Source: Massalongia carnosa (lineage: Eukaryota). Taken from it: a stretch of 64,000 nt of DNA. A program made the position numbers and the translations under genes. This document shows positions 46,795 to 58,667 of the stretch, piece by piece. The stretch spans positions 124,001 to 188,000 of the forward strand of contig OZ287086.1 of the NCBI GenBank assembly GCA_965645245.1. Reading direction: 5' to 3'. The notes under the pieces were generated by a model, which was not told where the DNA came from, made no database searches, and saw nothing but the letters and a program-made list of their open reading frames with translations. The first letter of the stretch is position 1. Each line of letters opens with the position of its first letter.

Positions 46795-49700
46795 CTAAAT
46801 CAGCATCTTGTGATCTTCCAACAATGTTGTCTCCAGCACCTTGTCGTTAAATTCCGCCCCGTTATCCAACAACAATTGCACCACCCCGTCGTGACCACTC
46901 GATGCTGCATCCTGCAGCGCACTGTCGCTGACTTTCGCTCCGTTATTTATCAAGAGCTGCACCACCTTCTCGTGACCACTTATGCATGCCTTCTGCAGCG
47001 CGCTGTCGTTAACTTCCGCCCCGTTATTTATCAACAATTGTATCACCTCCTCGTGACCTTCAAATGATGCCGCCTGCAGTGCATTGCCATATTCTCCGCC
47101 TTGCACGTTGACGTTCGCCCCGCTGTCCAACAACCACTGCACCACCTTCTCGAAACCTATCCAAGATGCCGCCTGCAGCGCATTGCCATACTTTCCGCCT
47201 TGCGCGTTAACGTTCGCCCTCTTATTCAACAATAATTGCACTATCTTTTCATGACCTTTCGATGATGCCGCCTGCAGCGCATTGCCATGCAATCCGCCTT
47301 GCGCGTTAACGTCGGCCCCGTTATTTATCAACAACTGCACCACCCTCTCATGACCTTTCAATGATGCCGCCTGCAGCGCATTGCCATGCTTTCCGCCTTG
47401 CGCGTTAACGTTTGCCCTCTTATTCAACAACAATTGCATCACCTTCTCGTGACCTGTCAATGATGCCGCCTGCAGCGCATTGCCATGCAATCCGCCTTGC
47501 GCGTTAACGTCGGCCCCGTTATTTATCAACAACTGCACCACCCTCTCATGACCATTCAATGATGCCGCCTGCAGCGCATTGTCATACTTTCCGCCTTGCG
47601 CGTTAACGTCGGCCCCGTTATTTATCAACAACTGCACCACCCTCTCATGACCTTCCCATGATGCCGCCTGCAGCGCATTGCCATGATGTCCGCCTTGCGC
47701 GTTAACGTCGGCCCCGTTATTTATCAACAACTGCACCACCCTCTCATGACCACTCAATGATGCTGCCTGCAGCGTATGGCCATACTTTCCGCCTTGCGCG
47801 TGAACGTCTGCCCCCTTATTCAACAACAACTGCACCACTTCCTCGTGACCATTCAATGATGCTGCCTGCAGCGCATTGCCATGATGTCCGCCTTGCGCGT
47901 GAACGTCTGCCCCCTTATTCAATAACAACTGCACCACCTCCTCGTGACCATTCAATGATGCTGCCTGCAGCGCATTGCCGAACTTTCCGCCTTGCGCGTT
48001 AACGTTCGCCCTCTTATTCAACAACAATTGCATCACCTTCTCGTGACCATTCAATGATGCCGCCTGCAGCGCATTGCCATGCAATCCGCCTTGCGCGTTA
48101 ACGTCGGCCCCGTTATTTATCAACAACTGCACCACCCTCTCATGACCTTTCAATGATGCCGCCTGCAGCGCATTGCCATGCTCTCCGCCTTGCGCGTTAA
48201 CGTCCGCTCCTTTTTTCAACAGAATCATGATAATAGAAAGATGACCGTTAACAGCTGCAATCTGTAGCAATGATATATCTTCTTTATTACGTGTCTCTAC
48301 ATCGAAAACCGCCGTTTCCCACCAATCGGATAGGATTTTATTGAACCCAAACGCCGATACTGCCAGCAAAGTCGATGAAGATGGACTGAGCAGATCATAA
48401 ACTGTATAGACCAGAGTACCATATAAACCGTATATATTAAAAATGTCTCCATAGTGTATATCATTACCTATCGTTTCACACCAACTCTTATATGCAGGGC
48501 CACTTTCGTTATGGGATCCAAGGAATTGCTTTAAAATTATCGATAAACGAGAATCAATACTTTCTTCCCCGTGGTTTTGTACGTGATCTGCCCAAAAAAT
48601 TCTTGCATAACGAACAATGTCGTTCAATACTTTGTTTCCGTCTTGCGACTCTGTATCCCGTTTTTGTTGAATCGGGTCATTCAACAAAGACAGACATACT
48701 TTCGCTATGAGAGCATTCGCATCATGAGAACTCCAGTGTTTTTCCAAATACTCCTGGACAGATAAGTGGGAAAATCGACAAATATTTGAATCCACAACAA
48801 TTAGGTTCTGACAAGCGTCGAGAACAAAATCGATGTCGATATCCACAGCGTCAACGACGTCCGTGTTGGGATCTTGACAAACCGCAGCGACTAGTGCTGC
48901 CGGCGATAAGGGTTTCGCGGAACACATGATCCATTGGAATGTACGGTTGGCAATATCGGGCGCACTTCCACCTTGAGTCTGAATTCTTCGATATATTTCA
49001 TCATATGTCGCGGCGAGATCCTTGGGGAGTTTGCCTAGTCGCTCTTCAATATCGCTTTTACGGGGGGGAAGTTGATGTAGTTGAATAATCTGAAGTGATG
49101 CCCACTGAAACCTATTCTAATCTTAGAGGGAGATCAACATAGCGGCCGAGATTTATAGAAACTTACATTCCGTCGCTTTTGCTCACTAACGTCTCGGAGA
49201 TAAGCTCTCTAAGTTCGGAACTTATTTTGCAGTACCACCCCGGTTTATCGGTGATCTTGTCGTCGACAAACTTTGCTATGTCTTTCTCATTATCCGTTGC
49301 TTTGATTTCCATGTTTGGTCCACGATTAAGTCGGTGTTTGATATCTAGATCTGGCCGGCTGGAGATGAAAACTTTTACCAAGTTAGAAGACTTGCCGCTG
49401 ACCAAGTTGTTCAACATTTCCATGAAAGAGGCTCTCATTTCCTTGTTGCACTCATCCAAAGCGTCCACAACTAACGTGATTTGTGGATAAATTTCCGTCA
49501 GCTGAAGAAGAAGATCGAAACTTTCCTCAATCTTGAGCCCTCCTGAGGCAAAGCCATTTCTTTGTGCTATTTCATACTTTTGAACGACTGGACGCTGAAT
49601 CGTGTTAATGCTTTCGACCCCTGACAGTTGTCGGACAAAGCTGCTCATTATTAGGGATGGGTCTCGACGATTAGACTGATTGCGATCGCAATAAAAGTAG

Positions 49701-51042
49701 GCCAGCGCTTCGTCATTCGATTGCTGAGTAAAAGTTGTAATCAGGTCATCGACGACTGTCGACACGAGTTTAGTTTTGCCAGCGCCAGCTGATGGACACA
49801 GTCAGTAAGGATGCTAGACATGGCATACAGACTTACGCATTCCGTGCAGCCATAATATTGTCGATGCGCTAGAAGCACGCCATTCTACATATCGTTCATG
49901 ATCCAGCAACCACTTTCCTGTTCCGTTTGTCCATCCTTTGCGAGCAACATAGTGGACTTCCTCGTATGGAATGTCGGATACCCAAGAAAGTATTTTATTT
50001 CGCTTGTCCACTTCATACCCATCGCTCAAAGCACCCACTCGGTCATCGACACGCAAGATTGGAATTTTCAAATCTTCTAGCAAGCTCTCAAGCTTCGTAT
50101 TTGTTTCCCGATCTTGTATGCGATCTAAATTTCTTGCCTCCGTAACTACTTGCGCTTCTAAGTCTTTACAAGTCTCGACAAACCCAAGAACTTCCGGGCT
50201 TAACGAACTTCCCAGGGTTCGAGAAACAAAGCTTCGATCGTACAACTGCTTCGAACTGGCCAAGAATCTTAATATAGCGCTATACAAAGCTACCAATGCC
50301 GTTTGCAGGTTCGCCGTGGCCGGTGTGACCGGTTCGAATGGCTTAGGACGAAGGTAAAGAAGCTCATATATAGTGCACCGATTAATAAGTTGCGTCACCT
50401 TCTCTCCGCCAATAAGTAAAGCTGCCATCAACTCGCTTTCTCCTACAGCAATCTTCTCCAGAGTCAGGTCTTTTCAATTCATGTCAAAGAAGGATCCATT
50501 CTTACCTGAAGCAAAAACCTGACTCCCGCCCATGGCAACGCAGCATGAAAAGGATCAAAAGTTACCACGACGTCTCCAATTTCCTTGAATTTGTTAAGTC
50601 CAAAGATGATTTTCTCTGCTAAATCGCGAAGGATTATCGCTTGACCTTGAAGATTGAATTTCCATCGTTTCTTGAGGCATTGTTCTCGCTTCTGCTGAAC
50701 AACATCGCGTAACTGTTCCACGATCTCTAGTTTCGGATCCAGGTTGATCTGTTGAATTGCCTCTTTCTCCTTCGACGACAGTTTCTGCAGTGCAAAGTTC
50801 CAAAGATTATTCTGAACATCCTTATCTTGCGCACCTGCTGAGGAAGATGCTTTGATCGGTTTCGCCTCTTCAGTTGAATTCGGAGCAGATCTAGATTTCG
50901 GATTCACCTTGAAAGCTGACGTCGAAATAGAGTCAGAATCAGCAGAGTCATGTTTTGCCTTACGAGCCTTGTAACTAATCGAGGGCTCAGCATTTTCTTC
51001 CAATGGCTCCCATTTTCTTTTACCCGCAGGGCTTCCCATCAT
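46795..51042 (-). CDS. Fungal NLR: helical N-terminal domain + NACHT + ankyrin repeats (4 exons)
   Basis: Predicted introns 50505-50453, ~49836-49790 and ~49166-49112 give a continuous frame: AALPWAGVRFLLQ|IAV, WLHGM|PGAGKT (Walker A), VVDALDEC (Walker B), GM|FQWA, RFSHLSVQEYL, then ~15 ankyrin repeats. Confidence 0.9.
47010..48200 (-). repeat. 99-bp tandem ankyrin array with high internal conservation
   Basis: About 12 near-identical xxGNALQAASxxGHExVVQLLxNxGADVNAQGG units. Confidence 0.95.
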
Positions 51043-52686
51043 ATCCTGCTCTAGTAATGATAATAGTAGATTGACTAATATAATATAGGGCTTTGCCTAG
51101 CAACAGTGGAGTCAAGAAATGGATGCTGAGCTGTAATGATGATCAAGAGAGTGTTGAGAAAGATGGGCGCAGCCTGCTTCTTGCTTAGCAATGATTGGTT
51201 CGGCACATCATGCATTGGAGCGCATCTGGGTGGCGGAGTCAAGACACATCATCGCCAATGAAATCCGAGGCATGCCCGTCATCGTTGGTCAATCAGATAA
51301 GGCTATATGTTGTTGCACGTAAGAGACCGTCTTACAAGTAATAAGACACAGCGATCCATCAAGTTCATAAAAACCTACTAATTATTCAATCTCTCCGAGT
51401 ACGTATAGCGAGGTTCTAACGCTGCTCGTCCGAAGAGCCGACTTTGTCGAATACGATGCCCATAGATCCATTCTTCTATGAGCACTAACTTAAGCATTCG
51501 CCCAACTCTGTATCACAACTTTCTCGTCTTGTGCGCAAAAGCGCAACATCAACAGAATGGATTCTGTTTTTAGAATTAACTGATTTCTATGATGACATAC
51601 ATAGCACTCTCCGCAATCGCCGAAGCGCTGCAGGTTTTTCCGAATGGTTCGAGTCGTGACAGCAGAATTACTGCCTCTTTCTTTGGCATTGTACTTGTTA
51701 TCACAATCGTCCGTGCGCTGTACAGTCTCTTGAGCTTCTCATCCATTATTCCGTGATGACGAAAGGTGTCATGGAATTACCTCGCACCCTCCCACGTTTC
51801 CTGATCGGGTTAGTATTTACCAGGCTCTCTTGCCGTGAAACCTGCCCTGCATGTTGAATGGAACCGTGGCCCGTTATTCCGAACTATCCTGAAACCTCAC
51901 CCCATGTGTTCAGACGTTCTTCCGCTGCCTTCAGTGCACTCCCAAACTCCTATATCCCGAATCCAATCTCAACGTCTCCACTATCTATGAAATATAAATT
52001 CACTTTGTAGGTATAGTAGCATGATTGTCATTGAAGGTAATTATCTATGTGGGCTATTTGTCTGCTTTATATAGCAGTCACAAAACAGTCACATCTAGGA
52101 GCCCTGACGATCAGACCTTGTCCCCCTGACGGTCAGACCTTGTTTCCCATATCTGCTTTTTTCTTTTTTAGGCACATTGCAAGGCACCTCCCGAACTGCC
52201 TGTTAGGCACCTCCTATAGATGCCTGGCAGGCACCCGTGGGACTCACGATGGATGCCTATATTAGTGGTCGTCTGACCATCTACCCGATGGTAGCCTTAC
52301 CATTTAACACTCCCATTCAGCCATCTTTGAGACTATTCGGGAATTAATTTCCTCTTTGAGCTTAGCTCATGCCAAGCATTGCAAAGGGTTTAGCGGCCAG
52401 TAGCTTCGTAAGCCCATCTGCCACATCTTTGGTTCTTTAACACCCAGCGACCGGTGATCACCTTTCGATCAGTCGGTGCCCTTTCTAGTGTCCAAGTTTC
52501 ATTCTCCACTAGCGATTGATACTCGGTCTCCATGGCCTTTCTCCATTGATCCCAGTGGGGTGAGGACATAGCCTCTTTCAGTGTCAAAGGATCAGCGAGG
52601 CCCTCATTGTCCTCGCCTCCTGCCAGGGTTGTTAGCACCCGCACCATGTGCTCATGGGATTTCAGGACCTGGTTTGAACTGAATAC

Positions 52687-53100
52687 GGTGTTGATGCTGG
52701 GACGAATGTTCTCCAGTGCTCTTTGACTGGGGACCCTTATTCGTCCAGATCTTCGAGGTTCGATGGGCTGGCGAGGAATGTCCTCCACTTCATCGGAGTC
52801 ACTCCCCCCCCCATTCTCCTCGTCGGTGTTGATGCTGGGACGGATGTTCTCCAGTGTTCTTTGACTCGGGACCCTTATTCGTCCAGATCTTCGAGGTTCG
52901 ATGGGCTGGCGAGGAATGTCCTCCACTTTATCGGAGTCACTCTCCCCCCCATTCTCCTCTTCGGTGTTGATGCTGGGACGGATATTCTCCAGTGTTCTTT
53001 GACTGGGGACCCTTATTCGTCCAGATCTTCGAGGTTCGATGGGCTGGCGAGGAATGTCCTCCACTTCATCGGAGTCACTCTCCCCCCCATTCTCCTCTTC
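52687..53100 (-). repeat. 138-bp tandem repeat x3 in the integrase-RT linker
   Basis: 46-aa unit EEENGGESDSDEVEDIPRQPIEPRRSGRIRVPSQRTLENIRPSINT x3. Confidence 0.95.
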
Positions 53101-55938
53101 TCGGCCTCCCCCCGAAGCATTTACTCCCATTGGATGTAGCACTATCCGTGGTGCTGGTGGGGCCGTTTCATTTTGAAATTCCGAACTTCTCGATATTTCA
53201 GAGCTCGGAGTTTTCGGAGACAACGAAGATGGCGGATTATGACTTTTGTTTTCATCAACAAAATCATCTGGGTCATCAAACAAAGCATCATCGTCTCCCT
53301 CCCATGGAATGTCGGCTAGGTCCCAGGCCTTTTTGTCCTTGGAATCATATATATTGCCTTCGTCGACGGTGATATCGCGACAAACATGGACTTTTCCAGT
53401 GAGAGGATCGTAAATTCGATACTGATTGTTTCCTTCATACCCAACAAATATCCCCTGCCAGGACCTATCGTCCAGCTTCTTGCGCTTCTCTTTTGGGATA
53501 TGTACCCACATCCTAGCCCCGACCGTTCTCATGTGGCCGAGGAAGGGTTTCGCATTATTCATGCGTTCATATGGAGTGACCTCGTCAACCCCGGGACTTC
53601 TATTCTTGATGTACCCGGCCATCTTCAGGACCTCCCCCCAAAGGGACTTTGGGAGCTTTTTAGCCTTCATCATGGACCGAGTGGGGACCATGAGGGTATA
53701 ATTTTGCCTTTCGGCCTTCCCATTCTGTTCTGGCACATTTGGTGCCCGGGCCTCCCACTGGATGCCTTCACTCTTTAGGAATTCCTGGAAGTCACCACTG
53801 GTGTACTCCCCTCCTCCATCAGCTCGGAGTCTCTTTATTTTCTTTCCCGATTGATTTTCTATCCATGTCTTGAACTGCTTAAAACATTCGAAGGTTTGAC
53901 CCTTTGTTTTCAGCAGGTAGATCCACACTATCCCGGAGAAGTCGTCTCATCGTAGCATAAAAACGTTCACCGAACCTTGTCAGTGGAAATGGTCCCCCTA
54001 AGTCGCTATGCACTATTCCGAGAAATTCTGTTGCTCGGGTTCGTGGTGTGCGATTTATTTTCCGCTGTTGTCTTCCCATCATGCATGAGCCGCATACTTC
54101 TTCTGGTATGGGTCTTCGATGGTGACTCCATTGGCTAAATGATTTAATTTTAGGAGGTTTGGGTAGCTGAGATGGCCGAGTCGTTCGTGCCATGTTTGGA
54201 TAGGGGCCTTTGTACCGTTTGTGGTGGTGAGGGCCCGTGCTTCGGTAGGGCTAATAGTGGTTGTCTGCAAAATATACTGATTATTTATTGTTTTGGCCAG
54301 TCCAACCACCTTTCCTTTATGCACCAGTTGAGCGGGCTTGTCATCCGCCATCAGGTACGTTGATATGCCCTTTTTGCCGAGTTTTATTGTGCTGATGAGG
54401 TTGATTTTTAGGTCGGGGGCGAAAAGGACGTTGGTTAAAATGAGGTCCGTTACACCTCCATTTCCATTATCCAGTGATACGAGTAGAGAGCCTTTCCCCT
54501 CTGTCGATAACACCTCTCCGGAACCTGTTTCTAAACAGCTATTTTCGCTCCGAAAAGTCCCTTCTTGAAAGAGATCTTTATTGCATATAATGTGCGCGGT
54601 GGCACCGGAGTCGATCAATAGATCGTGGGCATTCTTGGGGCCTCGGTACAGAGTTGCCATACAAATAAGCGGTGTTTCCTGGGTTCTTTTCCCGGACCAT
54701 TCCCTTATTGTACAAATTATTTGGAGTTTCGAGGTTTCATTACCTGCTTTGTCTTCGCAAACGCGTTCCAGGTGGCCGGTCTTACCACATTTCCTACATG
54801 TGGCGTTGCTATGCCTGCATTTCCCGGAGTGGTTATAACCACAATATTTACATTTGCTCTTACCCTCTTCAGTGGGGTTCTTATTCTTCTTTGCCTTCAG
54901 CATGTTAGCTTATGGCAACAGGGTCCTAGCGCATGCGAGCTTCTTCGTCCTCCAGGTTCTTCAGTAGTCCATCCAGCGCAGGGAATTTATCCTCCCGCCG
55001 GGCCTGTTCGTTCAGGATGGTCAGGTAGGTGCTGAATGAACTACCGAGTCCGTTGAGAAGCTTGAGCACCACTATTTGCTCGACAGAGAGGGAAATGTCG
55101 GTGATCTCAGCCTTGATATCTTTGACCAGGCTACCGTACTCCTCAATGGTCTTGCACTTTTCATAACTGATCTCCTCTAGCCGGTTGAAGGTGCTCCATT
55201 TAGCACTCCAGTTCTTCGATGTATAACGGGTCTTCAAATGCTCCCAGAGGTTCTTGAGATTCCAGATCTCACCGTTGGCTAGGTCCCTCATCGACAAGAA
55301 CTCTTGCTGCACGCCGTCAGTGCACATCTTGCCTATCTTTCCTACTACTCTTCTTTGCTTTTCCTCGAACTCCAGTCGTTCAAGGTTCCGTTCATCCCGC
55401 TTATCGAGCTGATCCGGTGTTTCTTCCAGAGACTTCGTCATCATCAGAACTCTTTGATGGAAAGGGAATCTCTCGAGGTATTTTCCGGGCCCCAGTAACA
55501 TAACTCCAAAGTTCCGCTTCCTGCAGGGCGAAGGCCATGTCTCTGGACCATGTCTCTGGACCATTTCTTATAGTTCCCGCTCCCCATCAGTTTGGGGAAC
55601 GTGTATAGGCTCTCCCCTTTAGCCATGATGCTACAAGGAAGACGAAATGAGGAATAGGGCAGTGACCCTGTGGAATGGACTGATGCTTTGACTTTGGCGC
55701 GGACGGAGGTAGGGAATATATATAGTATAGAATGGAGTAGATGGAGGGATGGAGGTAAGTTGGTTGACAATCAATGTGGAGGCTTTTCAGACATAGCAGA
55801 AGTAAGCCGGGCTCATAACCTATGAAATATAAATTCACTTTGTAGGTATAGTAGCATGATTGTCATTGAAGGTAATTATCTATGTGGGCTATTTGTCTGC
55901 TTTATATAGCGGTCACAAAACAGTCACATCTAGGAGCC

Positions 55939-56136
55939 CTGACGGTCAGACCTTGTCCCCCTGACGGTCAGACCTTGTCCCCCTGACGGTCAGACCTTGT
56001 CCCCCTGACGGTCAGACCTTGTCCCCCTGACGGTCAGACCTTGTCCCCCTGACGGTCAGACCTTGTCCCCCTGACGGTCAGACCTTGTCCCCCTGACGGT
56101 CAGACCTTGTCCTCCTGACGGTCAGACCTTGTCTCC
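55939..56136. repeat. 22-bp minisatellite x9 in the 5' LTR
   Basis: CTGACGGTCAGACCTTGTCCCC x9; only 2 copies in the other LTR. Confidence 0.95.
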
Positions 56137-57301
56137 CATATCTGCTTTTTTCTTTTTTAGGCACATTGCAAGGCACCTCCCGAACTGCCTGTTAGGCACC
56201 TCCTATAGATGCCTGGCAGGCACCCGTGGGACTCACGATGGATGCCTATATTAGTGGTCGTCTGACCATCTAACCGATGGTAGCCTTACCATTTAACACT
56301 ATCCAAGCCTACGACTGGGATTGCCCAGCAGAGAGAGATTGCTTCGGCATGGAGAAAGGCGGAACAGGTCAAAGCGATCATGGTTAGGAAATTAGAACAG
56401 GAATAGAGATGAGGGCAAGTCAAGAATAGGGGAGTTGGAAGCCATGGCTATAAAACCTATGTGGTTTCTCATGTGTTTGGAGCTCTTCATCGGACGTCTT
56501 GTGTACTATCCCTAGACCTAGCTTTCTAATAGTAACTCTTGCATATCTCCCTATCTGGACCTTGTCCGTGACAAAAGGGGATCTGGTCCTAACTTTGCGC
56601 CAAGGAACCCAAGCTTCAGAAAAACTTACCTCCACATCCGCTAACCCCTACATTTTGATTTATACATACATAACTCAATACAACTTTTTAATTGACATCT
56701 AAATCGATGATATCATCTCAGACTAGCGAATGAGTCTCAATTTGATTCAACAACTCATCATGCTCATCGATGCTGATCAAAATTGATCACAATTGAAGAA
56801 CAACAACAAATCAGACGCGTCTCAATTTCAGGGAATATTTCACATACGAGATATTTGCAAACAAGTAAAACAATTCGCGCTCGATAATTCAAAGAAAAAT
56901 GTTGAATATCCAAATCCTACCAGCACAATGAACACCTATCTGTTACAGCGCCGCTGTATAAGGCTGATTATTACTAAGCCTGATGACTCAGCGGTGCTGA
57001 ACACAGTCATACTATAGTCAGGTCAAGCGATGACTAATGGGACGGGACAGAAGGTCAGTTGGCATAGTTGGCGGAGTACTGAAGAAACTCGACCTCGACT
57101 ATTCCCGCTGATCTATATAATGTGGTGTGAGGCCCACCTAGATAGATCATCTTACAATTTAACTACTAATTTGTTCTACTCTTAACCCACTACACTACTC
57201 CTAGTCCAGAGTCACTCTCACATATTGTAAGATCCATTCCGACGAGTGGTCCAGTGGGAACTCTACCATATCCTGTCGTCTCGACGACATTTATCCTCTA
57301 A

Positions 57302-58667
57302 TATGCCCTCTTACACTCTCCGAAGTCGCTCCGTAGGCGACCCACCATCGGAGTATGAACTGGAGCCAGAGGCTCAATATCCTGGCATTGGAATCGTGGT
57401 AGACAGTCAGATGGACACCGGGCCAGACACCGGCACGGCGTCGGCTCTAACAAACCCAAGCCTAAGCATTCCTTCTCCTGAAGTAACGTTAACCAAGGAG
57501 CAGATGCAAGCTCGTATAGATACCATCATGGCAAAGAAAGCTGAGGCTCACCTCAGCCGACAGCTTGCCATCATGGAGCAAGAAGAGCAGGACGGTTTTC
57601 CTCTCGCTAATACCGCTCTAATAACGTTGTCTCACCGGGGCCGCAGCAGCGGGTTGCCGTCCTGCGAAGAGATACTCGAGAAGAAGCTAGAGAACAATCG
57701 AAAGGTTGAGGCTCGGCTGAACGTCATCAAGGTAGATCTGTACACAGCTGACACGTATGCTAAATGTGTCATCTTTATAGCCCAGTGTCTCCAGGCTTTT
57801 CAGCAAAAGCCTGCAACATATGATACGGCCAAGGGACAGATCCTTTTCGCCAAAGCCTTCAAGCGAGGAGACGTCGTTATGAAGTGGCAGACCCACGAGG
57901 AAGCGGTAGGTCTCGATAATATTACCTGGGAAACATACGTTACCTGGTTGAGAGACGATGTATGGCCGCTACACCTCCGAATTTATGACGGATTCTTGAA
58001 GTACCGCTCAGTGCGACAACGGGAAGGACAAACCGTCGCCCAGCTGATCGCGTACATCAGGAGCATAGAAGACATCCTACCCCCAAAAGAGTCATCCATG
58101 AGAATGAACACACTCCTAGGAGCTCTGAAGCCTACCCTCCGGGAAGAAATAATCAAGCACAATTCTTCGGTAACCACCCGGGAACTCCTTGAACCCTTTG
58201 CTCAGAAGCTCGAGGCCATTGACAACAACTATAACCGTACCAAGGCGAATGGCCGAAAAGAGGCACCATCGCGACCCACACGGGATAGCGACGCCACATC
58301 TGGATGGAACGTCTGGAAATCGGACTCGGGGAATGATTACCGATCTGGCTTTCATCAAACCCCTACTCATGACAAGAGGAACAAGGACGGTTTCCATCAA
58401 GGTCAGCGTCGCAAAAGGTCCGTATCTTCCCGTCGCACATATAACGAGGGAGGAAAGTATAATCGACACGGATCAAACGGTAAGGAGCCTATGAGGTCCT
58501 TCAATCGTGACAGGACAGATCCGGGCCGTCAGCGGGAACGCCGTGGCAATAATGGTAACAACGACAGTACCATCAAGTGCTATAACTGCGGCGATTACGG
58601 CCACATGGCAAAGACTTGTCTCAAACCCAATAATCCAAAGATGGAGGGAAACGGCAGGGGCCAGTAG
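57302..58667 (+). CDS. Gypsy gag
   Basis: Open frame with [10 protein letters not shown] (MHR-like) and [14 protein letters not shown] knuckle. Confidence 0.88.

Larger units (their letters stand above)
51986..56298 (-). mobile_element. Ty1/Copia element, internally deleted (non-autonomous)
   Basis: LTRs 55821-56298 (5') and 51986-52309 (3'). TSD CTATC. PBS GGTTATGAGCCC next to the 5' LTR. gag knuckle CRKCGKTGH...C, protease LIDSGATAH, integrase. RT and most of RNase H missing. Confidence 0.93.

Noticed and set aside
50790..51042. Amyloid signalling motif at the NLR N-terminus
   Set aside because: Charged, Ser/Pro-rich disordered sequence without N/Q/G pseudo-repeats.
55939..56136. CRISPR-like array
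   Set aside because: Head-to-tail repeats with no spacers, inside a eukaryotic LTR.
51760..56390. Small secreted-protein relic split by the Copia (minus strand, MIALTCSAFLHAEAISLCWAIP...)
   Set aside because: Two in-frame stops and no recognisable motif; cannot be supported.
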